A DNA stretch of 63,928 bases, counting the filler, from Octopus bimaculoides (lineage: Eukaryota), in the NCBI RefSeq assembly GCF_001194135.2. It is 6 parts of 6 records of this genome, joined end to end, with 100 filler letters (N's around TTAATTAATTAA, not from the genome) between each part and the next. Parts side by side here need not be neighbours in the genome. Positions count along the whole stretch, not along the records: positions 1 to 19,050 come from NC_069003.1; positions 19,151 to 36,209 come from NC_068986.1; 4 more parts are not named here. One strand, written 5' to 3'. The translations under genes were made by a program, and so were the position numbers. The first letter of the stretch is position 1. Every line of letters starts with the position of its first letter. Below are positions 13,663 to 26,743 of this stretch, piece after piece. The notes below the pieces were generated by a model. The model had not been told where the DNA came from and ran no database searches. It saw only the letters and a program-made list of their open reading frames with translations.

Positions 13663-14584
13663 CAGGGTGCAATGGGTAAAGATTTGCCATTTTATATTTT
13701 CAATTTCACACATTTGCATTATTTGCATTTTATTTTGTCAACTACACAGTATAATAGGGTCAGTTGGGCACTGCCTGTGAATAAACAGTGCCAAGATGTA
13801 ATTGACTCTGCCAGAAATTTGGAAACAGCATGCTGTGCTGCTTGGCATTTGCAACAGAAGCTCAATACAGACTTGTACTCATATGAACATGTACCAAGAG
13901 TGATAAAAATCAAACATCCAGTCAACATCATGATGTTTGGAGTGATCACTAGTGATGGTGATGTTATGCTTCCATTCATCTTTCCACACAGCCTCAAACT
14001 CAACACGGAAGCCTACATCAAATGTCTGGAGGAGGTAGTGCTACCCTGGATCAAGAGGGTGGCTGCTGGAAGACCCTATCTCTGGCAACAGGACTCTGCA
14101 CCATGCCACACAAAGGAGAACCCAGTCATGGCTGTCAGAGAATTTCTATCACCCCTAACATCTGGCCACCTAACTCCCCAGACTGCAACCCCCTTGATTA
14201 TTATGTGTGGGGCACAGTTGAGCAAAAGACCAACAAAACTCCTTGTAACACCAAAGATGAACTGAAGGCNNNNNNNNNNATTATGTGTGGGGCACAGTTG
14301 AGCAAAAGACCAACAAAACTCCTTGTAACACCAAAGATGAACTGAAGGCAAGGATTATGGCAGCATTCACCAACTTAAACAAGAAGACCATCCAGAAGAG
14401 TTGTAAGAGATTCTGAAGTTGTCTTGAGGCCGTGGTTGAAGCCAATGGCGATTTTATTGAATAGATTTACTCTTTAGAATTTCAAGATATTTTTATGTAA
14501 TTTTGGTAAATGTATCAGTTACAATGAGATGTCAGTGTTATTTTATTTTTTTCCTTATTTAGACATTTTATTCACTGCCGCCTG
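13663..14584 (+). mobile_element. Tc1/mariner transposon, internally deleted
   Basis: TA|CAGG...CCTG|TA ends. Transposase C-half: HPVNIMMFGVITSDG, WQQDSAPCHT, WPPNSPDCNPLDYYVW. Confidence 0.88.
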
Positions 14585-14640
14585 TATTTATAATGATTTA
14601 ACATTTTACAAATCTATGCAAATTTTTATTCATCAGGGTA

Positions 14641-15532
14641 TGTGGTCTGATCAATAGTATCCGGTCTGTTGCCATGGTAACGAAGCTAAAGCATACAGAG
14701 TGAAGCCACTTGGTACAGATTGACCTTGAACTCTGCTGTGCATGCACTCTAAGTTTTAACATTGTAGCTCGCTTCTGCTGTTTACAGCAGTGCTTAGAAG
14801 GGAGGTGTGTAGTGTATGATCATCACATTGACCATAACAGAGAAAGTTGAGCAGAGAATCTGCATCGAATTTTGCCAAATGCTTTGTGATACCTGCTCAG
14901 AGGCCTATGCAAAGTTCTCAAAAAGTTTTCATCATTTTTGACACTCTCAAGCAGATCTTGTGCAACTGAATCCCAAGTGTCTTTTTGGTCAGCTGAAATC
15001 AGTTTGGCACAAACTTGGCAGATGTACATCACATCCCCAAATTTTCAGTGATAATGGACTGAACCAAACTGTAACTAACCTGCACATCCTCTAATAACTC
15101 ACAGAGGATGATTCAACAATTTCCCCTCACTGATGCATGCATATCTATGATGTTTTTTTCAGTTCTGCTGGTTGCAGGTCTCCCAGAACGTTCATCAATA
15201 TCAACATTTATTCGGCCATCTTAGGAACGTCTGAAGCCCTCAATACACTTGTGTGTGGCTCATACGCTCCTCTCCATACACTTTCTGCAACTTTGCGTTG
15301 GCCTCTGAGCAGGTTGTCGCCATGACAACTCTCTCTGTCATGAACAATGCAACAATCACATGCTACACACCTTCCTTCCGAGCACTGCTGTAAACAGCAG
15401 AAGTGAGCTACAATGTGAAAACAGTGCACGTGTACAGCAGAGTTCAAGGTCAATCTTTGCTGAGCAACTTAACTCTGCATGCTTTAGCTTTGTTACTATG
15501 GCAACAGTTCGGATACTTATTATCAGGCCTCA
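14641..15532. mobile_element. Mariner derivative built from two head-to-head 5' ends
   Basis: TA flanks. The left arm (about 270 bp, +) and the right arm (-) both contain the TIR, 5' UTR and transposase N-terminus (..EKVEQRICIEFC..). Confidence 0.75.
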
Positions 15533-15839
15533 TATATTATTATTTAGAAATCTTTCGTTAATTATATTAGCTTGTCTAGTAACAATTAAACTAATTATAA
15601 ATATTTGTCATCTTCATTTAGATTAAAACATGTTCAGCATAAGGGTAGCTTTGCATAGTTTTCTGTGTGTATATACATAGAGCTATATATGTACATGATG
15701 TATGTGTACGAATGTGTCTTTGTTTAATATGCTTAACATACATTTATACATTACTTTCCTACATTACTTTCGTACATATCTACTCACCTACCAACCAACC
15801 AACCATCCATGAAAAATGCAGAAAGAGTTTTAGCTCAAC

Positions 15840-16680
15840 TAATTGGAGAGAGACTTAGCCAAGATGAGATGCAAGTTTGATTTTATGGTTGGAAGAACTC
15901 CTGATGTCATCTTTCTAATCAGACAGCTGCTAAAGTACTTAACTAAGAGTATTTCACTGTACTCAGCATTCATTGACCTGGAGAAAGCCTTCAACAAGAT
16001 CCCTCCATCTGTGAACTGGTGGTTGTTAAGGAAGCAAGGAAATAAATGGCTTGTGAGAGCCATACAAACCATGTACAGGAGGTGAGAGCAACAAGTACTA
16101 TGAGAAATCCAATATGTGGGTGGGATCCACCAGAACTCAGTTCTTAGTTCTCTTCTATTTATTATAATCTTCTATACCATTAACAAAGGAAGTTTATGAT
16201 CAGATGCTTGTGGGAACTCCTTTATACTGATGACCCTGTCTTTGTAGTGGGGTGAGAAAAATTGTATGTGCTGAATCAAACTGCTCCGAAGTTACCTGAG
16301 CAAAGACTAAAGTATTAATTAGTAAGCAGGAAGATGAACAGATCACCAGTTTCACCAGAGAAACGGCTTGCTTGGTATGTAGAAAAAAGTGTAGGTAGAA
16401 ATTCCATGTAGCAATACCAGTGCAAACGATTGACATGCAAAAGGTGAAGTGGAGTGATGGACAGGTTAATAGAGAAAGCAGATTTTGTATGTAATGCATA
16501 TGCACAAGCAGTAAACACTAAATGCACATGAGAAATAGATTCTCAGGTGAGTTCCCAAATGCAGTAGGTGGTTTCTGTTACATAGATAACCTAATTAGCA
16601 AAGGAGGAGGATGTTCTGAAAGTATAGTAACCAGAATAAGAATATAATGTGCAGTCCCAGGAGCTTTTCTCACTCTTGAT
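15840..16680 (+). mobile_element. RTE RT fragment
   Basis: GRTPDVIFLIRQL, AFIDLEKAFNKIP; decayed downstream. Confidence 0.75.
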
Positions 16681-16883
16681 AATAAAAGGTTTTGCTCTCT
16701 GAGTTTCCTTTCACCACACTGACTTCAACTTTACCGTCTCCCTCTTCTCTCTCTGTTTCTTCTCTTCTACCTCCATTCATTCCTCCCTGCATCATAGAAA
16801 TCCCTCTCCCTGCCTTTTGTTCTTGTTATTTCCTCTCTCTCTTTAAACTTCTGACACTGCTATATGAACTGCTTTTGCCAACC

Positions 16884-17034
16884 TTCTCTTGATGAAAGAA
16901 GTTGGACTTATTATAATATCTCTGTATGACTGTTTACTGACTCCATATTCAAGAGTTTTTGCATATTCCATCTGCAAGTTATGACTATTATGACTACTGC
17001 GTAACTCCATGCTTCCTGAAACAGCTGTCGAGTT
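16884..17034 (+). ncRNA. Degenerate type-I hammerhead (U3.G8), long stem II
   Basis: CUC-UUGAUGA-AAGAAG...CUUCCU-GAAAC-AGCU-GUC^GAG. Stem II extends imperfectly (gttggacttat/gtaactccatg). Preceded by a pyrimidine-rich Penelope-type 3' region. Confidence 0.55.
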
Positions 17035-17410
17035 AAGAGATTGTGTAGTTTTATAGTATTCTGTATATTTTGTGTTCTGTGCAAATATGTATGTTTTTTC
17101 TTCTGAATATATGTACATATATATTCATCTGTGTGTGCGTATGCATGCATATATGAAGCCTAAATGTAGTTACCTGCATTGCTACCTCTCTCTTTCCCTC
17201 TCTTAAATATATATATATATTTGCTTATGCATACATATATACACACACACATTATTAAAGCCAAAAAGAATCTTTGCAAACTGTGAAAGTTTTAATCAAC
17301 TTGAATAAATAGTATATTACTCCACCTTTGATATTCAAGAACCATTTCTCCACCTTCTTTTGCATTTATGTACTTACTTGTGTATACACACACACACATA
17401 TATATATATG

Positions 17411-17483
<73 letters not shown>

Positions 17484-18006
17484 CATGCACACATGTATAT
17501 ATAAATATAGATATAAATTCTGTACACCGCTTCAAACAATCTAAACATAAATACATACACAAGTAATTATAAGATCCAAGGATCTAAGTGTAGGAAGTTT
17601 GTAAGCTTTGAGTAGTCCATGGTAGGTATAAAAAACAACATTCAAGAACAATAAGGATTTGTTGGCATCAGAAGTTGTAGGCTTTTCCCATATCAAAGTT
17701 CGATAAGCTGAAGAATTTTTTTTATAGCTCACAGTTAGCAACTTGAGTAGCTATGAATACAAATAAAAACCCAAATTGAGAGAGGGGGGGGGGCAGGCAA
17801 AATCCAGGCTACTTTTGTTTCCTAGCTAACAGATCCTCTTGTATAATAAGTATTTGTTGAGTAATTATTACACCAGAGGATCTACTAACTAGGAAACATA
17901 TCTAGCCTGAATTTTATCTGCTCCACTCCCTCAGTTTGAATATATCTATATCTATCTGTCTACATATATATATAATCAAAATAAGCAACAAGGATATCCA
18001 GAGGTA

Positions 18007-18095
18007 ATGCAGTACGATCGTTTCATGCAAATCCATTTAATTGAACAACGCAATCATTACGTCAATTCAAAATGCAGAGCAATCCTCAGCTGCAC
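18007..18095 (-). ncRNA. Type-I hammerhead, family B copy 1
   Basis: Minus strand: GUGCAG-CUGAGGA-UUGC...GCAU-GAAAC-GAUC-GUA^CUGCAU, with an extended stem II (CAUUU/AAAUG, AAUUGA/UCAAUU, CGUAA/UUGCG). 10.1-11.1 is U.U. Confidence 0.7.
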
Positions 18096-18479
18096 AAAGA
18101 CATAGAATTTGATTAATTAGGTATAATTATACTAATGTGTCCATCTGTTCTAATTTAATCTAATTTAATCCTTTGCTCTACTTTTTCTCTTCTATTATTC
18201 CCTTCTCTCACACTGTCTCTCTTAGTCCCACCACTCACACCTGCCACAAACAACAAACCTGTTCCTTTCAACATTCCTTAACTTCTCAGAATCACCATAT
18301 TTTTTTTCTAATCTTTCCTCTCACTTGGAGCTCTTTATTTAGTCCTACAATTTACAAGGTAACCTCACCATTTCTGGTACTATGAAAAATGTACCCAGTA
18401 AACTCTGTATTGGGTGCATTTTGAGTACATTTCTACAGTTTTATGCCTATCCTTTTGGGACAGCTTCTATGGTGGTTAA

Positions 18480-18605
18480 TTTTGGGGTAGATATGAACCT
18501 GAAGAAACCATCCCAAAACTGAAGCATTGAAACAAGCCAGTAACCACCAACCTATTGGATCCTGTCAAACCACTCAACCATTTCCAACATGGAAAGCAGA
18601 TATAA

Positions 18606-18665
<60 letters not shown>
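18480..18665 (+). mobile_element. RTE-type 3' end with long (GAT)n tail
   Basis: ccatttccaacatggaaagcagatataa followed by about 20 GAT units. Confidence 0.6.
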
Positions 18666-18666
<1 letters not shown>

Positions 18667-18961
18667 TGTACATGCATGCATGTTTGCACACTCACACACA
18701 TGCAAACACACACACACATACACACACACATTGATATAAGTTGCCGATTCATTCCGCCACTGCTATGTAGTTTTCTGTCTATTCATTCAGGTGCTAAGAG
18801 GTGGGACAATTTAGTATAGTACTGTCATTTGTGTGTTTGTTTGTCTGTATATATCTGTGTGTGTGCATGTATATATATATGTGTGTATATATGTGTTTGT
18901 GTATATGTATATGTGTGTGTATGTGTATGTATATGTGTGTTTGTGTGTATATATATATGTG

Positions 18962-18997
<36 letters not shown>

Positions 18998-19094
18998 TGT
19001 GGGTGTGTGTATGTATATATATATATATATATATATATTAATATATATATNNNNNNNNNNNNNNNNNNNNNNNNNNNNNNNNNNNNNNNNNNNN

Positions 19095-19106
19095 TTAATT
19101 AATTAA
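19095..19106. other. Assembly linker TTAATTAATTAA between N runs (also 36254, 57730, 60463, 62711)
   Basis: Identical six-frame-stop 12-mer centred in about 100-base gaps at five places. Confidence 0.95.
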
Positions 19107-19266
19107 NNNNNNNNNNNNNNNNNNNNNNNNNNNNNNNNNNNNNNNNNNNNGTGTGTGTGTGTGTGTGTGTGTGCGTGTGTGTGCGTGTGTGTGGGTATGT
19201 GTGTGTGTGTGGGGGGGGGGAATGTCAAGGTAGGAAATGCGAAAATAATTTTATAAAAAAACATTT

Positions 19267-19302
19267 CAGTACCGGTTTCAGTCATTGAGACTTTTTCAAC
19301 CG
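19267..19302 (-). ncRNA. Minimal type-I hammerhead (U3-A8 core) at the Penelope 3' end
   Basis: Minus strand: CGG-UUGAAAA-AGUC-UCAAU-GACU-GAAAC-CG-GUA^CUG. Palindromic ACCGGU; stem I only about 3 bp. Confidence 0.55.
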
Positions 19303-19442
19303 TAAGTAAGGAAAACAATTAGAGTTTAGAAAAGTTAAAAGAAAAATGTTTTTAAAGAATATTTGCATAGCATTCAAATACTGCCTGTATCTTTCTCTCT
19401 AGTTTACTCTTGTTGGTTCGAGGTCGTGTGAATTATTGGTTA

Positions 19443-19512
19443 GAAGAAGAAGAAGAAGAAGAAGAAGAAGAAGAAGAAGAAGAAGAAGAAGAAGAAGAAG
19501 AAGAAGAAGAAC
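19443..19512. repeat. (GAA)n microsatellite
   Basis: More than 20 pure units, within the Penelope 3' region. Confidence 0.95.
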
Positions 19513-21204
19513 AATGCGGGAGTGTCATGATAGTAGCATATTAAATGATCAAGTGCCCTGAATGTGACCCGTTGTGGATGGTAGAAGTGATTGAATTCTT
19601 GAGACATCTCTTGAATATTTTGTTTATAAAATTTGCGCAGGCGTCATTCTAAACAGCAATAGTGGTAAAGTTAGAGAGGAAAGAGACGAAGAAGTAGAAG
19701 AAGAAAGAGAAGGGAGAATAAGAAGGAATGTAGTTAGTATGATAGTAGTAGGATCTTAAATGGTCAACTGACCTAAAAGTGTGGCTCGTTATGGATTATA
19801 GCACTGATTGTGACTGTTTTTTAATAAATTCCTTGGGAATCTCTTGCGTGTATCATTTTTTAAAAATATTTGCGCGTGTGTTTGCATCATTCTAAGACCG
19901 CGGTGGATATGTCGTTTGTTGTAGACGCGTTCAAAAAGGTTCTGTGTTTTGTAATAATGACAGTCTCTTTACCAATTCGTTGGCTACAGGATCTATCGCC
20001 TCTGAAATGGTCGAGGGTAAAAATTCCGAAGCTTGGATTTTTGTTATTGGCGCAAATGTCTATGTGTTGGCTGAATGCTATTTTTCTGTTTTGGAGAATT
20101 TTGATCTAGGATCTGTGCAGAGCCATTCTTTTACGTAAACTGTTTTTTTGTTTGGCCTATGTATTGCTCTTGACAGCCAGAGCAGGTTAGTGCGTATATC
20201 AGGCGTCCGAAGCACTTGTGAAGTTGATTTTCTCTCTGAGACGTTGTCCCTGTTTGAAGGAGAACTCTGATACCTCAATTAAATTGATGCATATTCCACA
20301 GTTGGGTTTCCGCAATTTTTTTACTAACGGCTTCTCTGTTGTTGTTGAGCGTATTCGGGCTTGTGTTAGATGACTTTTCATAGAGTTGGGTTGTCTCTTG
20401 CTTTTTATGATGGTGTGTGTTCGGAGGATTAAGTTCATTCTGTGCTCCTTTTTTTTAGCAGGGGACTGGTTTGAAGGATGGTGCCGAATGCTTCATTGTT
20501 AAGAGGGTTGTGTGTGGAGATGTACGGCAGGGCTTTTGGTTGTAAATCCTTCTTTAATTTCAGATGTCTGAGTTCCTGGATGTTGCGTTGAAGGGCACGT
20601 TGAAAGCATGTCAGTTAGTGAAGGTTGGTAGTTCCTGGTGATGAGTATATCCTTCAGTTCATGTAGTCTTGTGTCTCTGGCGTTTGCATTGGAAAATATA
20701 GTACATATCATTTTTGCTAGGTTGAAGGGGATATTCATTCTGGTGTGTCTGGGGTGGCATGAGTTGAGCGGTAGATATTGCTTGGAGTCCGTGGGCTTAT
20801 AGTATATATCTGTTTCTATTACGTTGTTAGATTTCTTAATGAGGATGTCAATGAAGGGAAGTTGATGATGGCTATATTCCATCGTGAACTGAATGTTTAC
20901 GTCAAGTCCATTTATAAGTGCTTGGAATTCTTCAAGTCTCTCTATATTTTCATGCCAGCGAATGAAATAGTCATCTAGGTGTCTCTTCCAGTTATTCTCT
21001 ATGTAGAGGGAGTATGGGCTGCCGTATTTTTCTAGAACCTTACTCATATTATTTGCACGAAAAAGATGTAGTTTATATGTAAAGGAGCAAAAATCCACTC
21101 TACATCATATTTTACATGATGAGTAAAATTTACGCTTTATGGAAATATATTGCGATGAATAAAACGTTGCTTACTTCTTACTCAGCCTGATATATATATA
21201 TTTG

Positions 21205-21395
21205 TGCGTGTCTGTGCCTGTGTTTGTCCCCCACCCCCATCATTGCTTAACTTAGTGGTTCCGTAATGAGACCGATAGAATAATTACTAAGCTTATAAAG
21301 AATAAGTATTGGGGTCGATTTCTTCGAATAAAGCCTGTTAAGTCGGTGCTTCAGCATCGGTGTTCTCAAATGACAGAAACGCGTCATTGTAAAAT
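21205..21395 (+). mobile_element. SINE 3' half
   Basis: gagaccgatagaataa...ggggtcgattt...tgacagaaac. Confidence 0.65.
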
Positions 21396-24300
21396 AAAAT
21401 AATAAAATAATGTGTGTGTATGTGTGTGTGCGTGTATGTGAGCGTCTGTGTATCTGTGCTTGTGCGAGTGTGTGTGAGTGTGTGAGACTGTGAGCCTTTG
21501 TGTGTGAATCCTATAGTGTTGCGTCTCATGCAAGTGTCTCATTCCGAATTCCCGACCATTTTCTCTGGATTATTAAGCTCTCAGTTACTGAGTTTCTTTT
21601 AATTATGGGAACCTTTAGAAGGAATACATTTCTAATTAGTTTTCATGATAAAGAAAATCTTTGTTTCACACTATTGAATTTATTTACTCATAAACTTCAG
21701 CTATTTAATTCCAGTGGTCCTTAATTGCCCTTGTGGTTGTAGCTGATATGTTGTTAAATACAATGTTGCTTTTGTCATCAAATGTTAAGATACCAAATAA
21801 ATTCTAATTATGAAGTAGAGTGGATTTTTGCTCCTTAACATATAAGCTGCATCTTTTTCGTGCAAATACCATTAACGGATTTACAGCTAACTTGCCTTGG
21901 CATTAAGTGTGCAATTCTTTCACGTATACAGTTACATTCATTCATCTGTTGAATATACTACTATTTATTTTCTGTTACCTAGGTTTTTGTTATATTCTCT
22001 ACATTAACTTTTCCAGATTTTTTGTGTTCCAAATGCATAACATTATGTTGAGGAAGTAACTGTTGTTATTTCTACCGGATTTCTTTAAAAAAATCAATGA
22101 TACTGCTATTAATTGCTTTGAAGAATATTTATCAAAAACAGGGTTTCCCGCTACGTTACTGATACAAGATTTTATGTAGCACCTTATTCTTAGTTTTAAG
22201 ATATTCTAAATTATTATTTAGAATAACATAAAACTAAGATCGGTTCTACATCCTTGTATTTATTAAAAACACTTCTTACTCTAAGATTTGTTATACTAAG
22301 CCGTAGCAAAATTTTCACATCTCTTTTGAGTGAGCAATATGAGCATTAATCCTATGTACGTGGCGGGAGATTAGAACACGATTTTACATTATAAATTTTC
22401 AATTCGATTTAATGTTGCATAATATTTCATCATGCTTTGTAAGTTCGTTAACAGTTATTCAAAACATATGAATATCCCAATCACACACATTTGAATGCTA
22501 CTATTGAAGCGTTAAGGAATGTCCCCTTTAACAAAATTTGTTTGAAAAGAATTATTTATAGAGTGAATTTACAATCAATTGATGTCATGGAAATACCGTA
22601 TGCTGTATACATTTATACATTCTCAAATCACGGTAAACTTGAGTAACCGGTTGATTTGCGTACAAGCGCTCATGTAATTCTAGCTCATTGTAAAATTGCA
22701 TATAGTATCTAAAACACGGGGGTGAAAAGAATGGTAAAGATAAATGAAGAATCGTACAAAATCGAAATCATACAAAGGCAGCAATATTTATTGCTAGTTA
22801 TATGAAATATGGAAGCATAATCTTCTGTGTTTGCCAGTCAATATATTTTTATAAAACGGAAGAATCCAAATTTTTGTACTGTTTGCATAAATAATATTAA
22901 AATTGCAATCTTTGAAATAAATTCTTGTGTCAGACATTTCTAGTATAAATCGTTTGACGATCTAATTTCCGGAGTTATATTTGTGAAACCTACGCATATG
23001 ATTAGTCAGGCAGTGGAAGACTTATAAATATAACTTCACGCGCAGAGTTGATATTACTGAAGCAGTCCACTACACGTAATATTCCTGTTTATGCAGGATT
23101 TCCGGGTTGAGCACTAAAATATTTAGAATTTAATGAGGCGGACTATTAAAAGTAAAATGAGAATGTGTTACGACATTATGAAAGAACACATTTAAGTTTA
23201 GAGATTTCAATATCGTTTGACACTGAAACATTCATTTACAATGAAATGCTTTTAGACTTATATAATCTTTAAACTCTTCATGTGAAATTTAGAATTTAAA
23301 ATCTACTGTCTCTGACCTGTAAAAGGCATCTAAACTACTCTTTCAAATAAAAAACGCTAACTTATAATTCAACATTTAAATACACAAATCATTGAAATTG
23401 ACAAATCATTGATATTTTCTAATTATACTAAGAGAACTTGGGATGCAGCATGGGAGATTTACACACGTTAAAAGATCCATAATTTAAGTCTGTGTGTCGT
23501 AAAATTATATTTCTTTCTATTCCAAAGAATATACTTCTCTTTGTATGCATGTGCGTGAATGTGTGTGTGTGTGTGTGTGTATGTGTGTGTGTGTGTGTGT
23601 GAGTGTGTGTGTGTGTGTGTTCGTGCGTGTGTGCACGCGCGTGTGTATGTATATCAGATATTCTGTAAATTGCAAATTGACAAAATGTCAAACTCTACTG
23701 CATTCATATAGCAATAAATTAGCCATACAATTTCTTAGATCGAATGTAGTTCATTTCTTCTGTAACATATTTCAGTATCGTCTGGTATTTAAATAAGTAA
23801 TTCTAAAACTTTATTTACATTCTTAGAAAAACAAATTTAATATTTAAATGATGTTTCATTTTATCCTAAACGGTCCACATATATTGTAGCAATTATATTA
23901 TTCTGACTCTTTCTAATTGCTGTTTAGCTAACACGCCACATTCTCAGCCAGTGCAGGTTTATGACCCATTGCCCCCACGAAATAGTTAGCTTTACTGAAT
24001 GATTAAAACCAAGACCTTTCACGTGAAAGAATCGTAAGTATCTATACATGTTTATATCCTCGATATATTTTAAAACCAAAACACTTCAAGATGTTAGTAT
24101 TAAACTTGTCATGATATTGCAGAATTCATCATTTAATGCCTCGTTCACTATTTTTAAAAACACTTTAAGACGACAGACAAATTCTGTCCCTGGGTGTTTG
24201 ATACATTCTGCTTTTTTATCGATCTAATTTCATTAAAAAATAAAGCTTGGATTGATTCTGCTATGAACGTATCAAAAGTGAAAGATAATAAAGATACAAA

Positions 24301-24884
24301 ACCGTAAAAAATATATCGTTACTCTCATTGTCCTGAAATATATTATATGGCATAAAAGTGGATACACAGTACACATTAATGTTACAAATGATGGAAAGGA
24401 TTTAACTCCATTGTTCCAGGTGTTACGGAATGAAAGACAAAGTGCACTGTTCACATAACTTCAAGGAACAATGGAACGAATAAACGGAAGTGTAATTTCT
24501 TGATCAATTTTACGGGATACTCCATGTGTTGCTGAAGAAGTTTCAACGTTTTCACCTGAATAGCTGCATTTACCTTTATGATATGTTCCATAGACTTAGC
24601 TTTGTTTCCGTAATAATTAGGTTCTGAATAGAAACCCAAAGTATTATTGAAACAAAATATATATATATATATATATGGAATCCGTTGTTACAAGAATGAA
24701 AAATTGTGAAAGAAACAAACATTAAATAAATTCTTATATACTGATATGATCGAAGTGATGCTTTTTAGTCACTGCAACCATATTTCGCAATTTACCATAA
24801 AAAAATGCTGAGTGAAACTGTTTTCCTCCTATTTCAACACACCATAATCATGTTTTATAAATGTCATTTCACGTTAGGTTTGTT

Positions 24885-25060
24885 CATTTCAGTGCAATAC
24901 TTTTAATGAATCCCATTTAATTATCTTAGGAAAGTAAGTATACAATTGATGATGCAATGCTTTATTTCTATTTTCAGTGCAATACATTTAATGAATACCA
25001 TTCAGTTATCTTAAGAAAGTAAGTATACCATTGATGTGACAGTGTTTTCTTTCTATTTTG
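24885..25060 (+). repeat. Two diverged 85-bp tandem units
   Basis: tttcagtgcaatac...gaaagtaagtatac.attgatg occurs twice, offset by 85 bp. Confidence 0.85.
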
Positions 25061-26623
25061 AAAGTAAAGTATTTGAATATTACAATCATTTCTTTTGTCT
25101 CTAGGGTGCGTTGTATTCGTAATTCAAAGGCGATTGACAATTTCGAAATATACACATATTGAAGATTATATATTATCAACGATTGCAAAGTTTATAGTTA
25201 TCCTATAAACATTACCAGCTGATACTTACCATGTCTTGCATACTTACCAGCTCACATCAGTAACCCCATATTCCATCTATTCTGTAAGAGTTATTAAATA
25301 TAGTTATCCTAACGAAGCATATATGTGACAGATTCCTCTTTCCTGGAGAAGAAATATATAAGATTATGGACAAGTCTGTGTTCATTCCCAATATTTATGT
25401 CTATATCTGTATATCGCTTGCATGGAATTTGGGAAAGATTTCCCGCTAAGCAAAAGACTAAATGTAGCAAGCATCCAAATGAAATTTAGAGGCTAAAATA
25501 TTATGGCTACAAACGAAAACATAGATAGACGTAAACGCAGCATCAATATAATGAATTTGAACTTGCAATGCATAATAACGAAACTAATATTATTAAAGTT
25601 AACTAAAGCATTTTTTTCACTGCTCTGCGCCTTAATTTAGTAGAAACGTTTTGAAAGTAGAAATAAAATATCTTAGAAATGAATCCAAGCGAACTATATG
25701 AAAAGAAAATAATTGGATTCAGTTCTCTTTTACAAATTTTCAAGGTGAATATATATTTGTTAAGGGAATTTTTCTGTTTCTATGCAACAAATGAACCTTT
25801 CGTATATTCCTATGCAACAAAAGCAATAGCAAACTTAAGTAAAATTAAATTCATGCTTCAGCGGAAAAGAATCATGATGGATTTCCCGTTCAGCTTACCA
25901 CTTTCTAAATTAGACACAAATTGGTCTTGCTAATTGCCAATTTGTCGGAAATTCGAACGAGATTCCATCCTGCGTTTCGTCTTTATTTTGTACGATACTA
26001 TTTTGACATGGATTTTTTCATTTCTTCTTTACGTTTTTTTACATTTTGTTTTATTTGCTTCTGTTTTGTGATGGACAAAAAGAGAAAATGAAAATGAAAG
26101 TATAATTTTGGAGTGTTTGCATCAGAATAACACTTGTTTTTTACAGCATGTAATCATTATTTAGTGTTTCTAATAACTAGGGAATGTACCTTACTGCTTT
26201 CAAATTTTACAAAATTGCACTTTAAACAATGGTTAATAAAATAAAATGATAAAAGTATATTGAATATAATCAAGAAAAAAAAATTAGAAGCAAAATGGAA
26301 AACTAATTCCAACGTTCTAAGGCGTCACAGTTATTACAACACAAGTTTTTGAATAATCTTCATGAAACTTACATATAATTTTATATGTTTTTGCCCTTAT
26401 AATATACCAGTTCTTTATCGAAGCAGTGTATTTCAAAAAAGAATGAAATTTATAGATCTGCTAGAATATAAGTTCAATGAACATGTGTTAATTTAATTGA
26501 TGCTATAAAGACAATTCTATGTACAATTAACTTTATATTTCGTCTTTAGCCCAAATCGACGAATAGTATTTAAAAACATATTGAGTGAGTTATTACCATC
26601 TGTGTTGTGCTTCATATTCACAC

Positions 26624-26743
26624 ATGCTAAAATACTTTCATAATATATCTATATTTTAATCTGTACAAAGCACAACGTTGTAATGCTAAAATACTTTCAT
26701 AATATATCTATATTTTAATCTGTACAAAGCACAACGTTGTAAT
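26624..26743. repeat. Perfect 59-bp tandem duplication
   Basis: atgctaaaatactttc...cacaacgttgta twice, identical. Confidence 0.9.

Larger units (their letters stand above)
19250..21050 (-). mobile_element. Penelope-like element, 5'-truncated (RT C-terminus, GIY-YIG, pseudo-LTR)
   Basis: WKRHLDDYF, IETDIYYKPTDSKQYL..SCHPRH..NIP, then CGICINL and a GIY-YIG-like region. Pyrimidine-rich 3' region with (CTT)n and a terminal HHR. Confidence 0.88.

Noticed and set aside
14211-14349. Direct duplication inside the Tc1/mariner
   Set aside because: Flanks a 10-N gap; typical unmerged contig overlap.
25222-25250. Two ATACTTACC motifs resembling the U1 snRNA 5' end
   Set aside because: No U1 body follows. 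They read as minus-strand donor consensus, and candidate exons upstream contain stops or lack a compatible partner.
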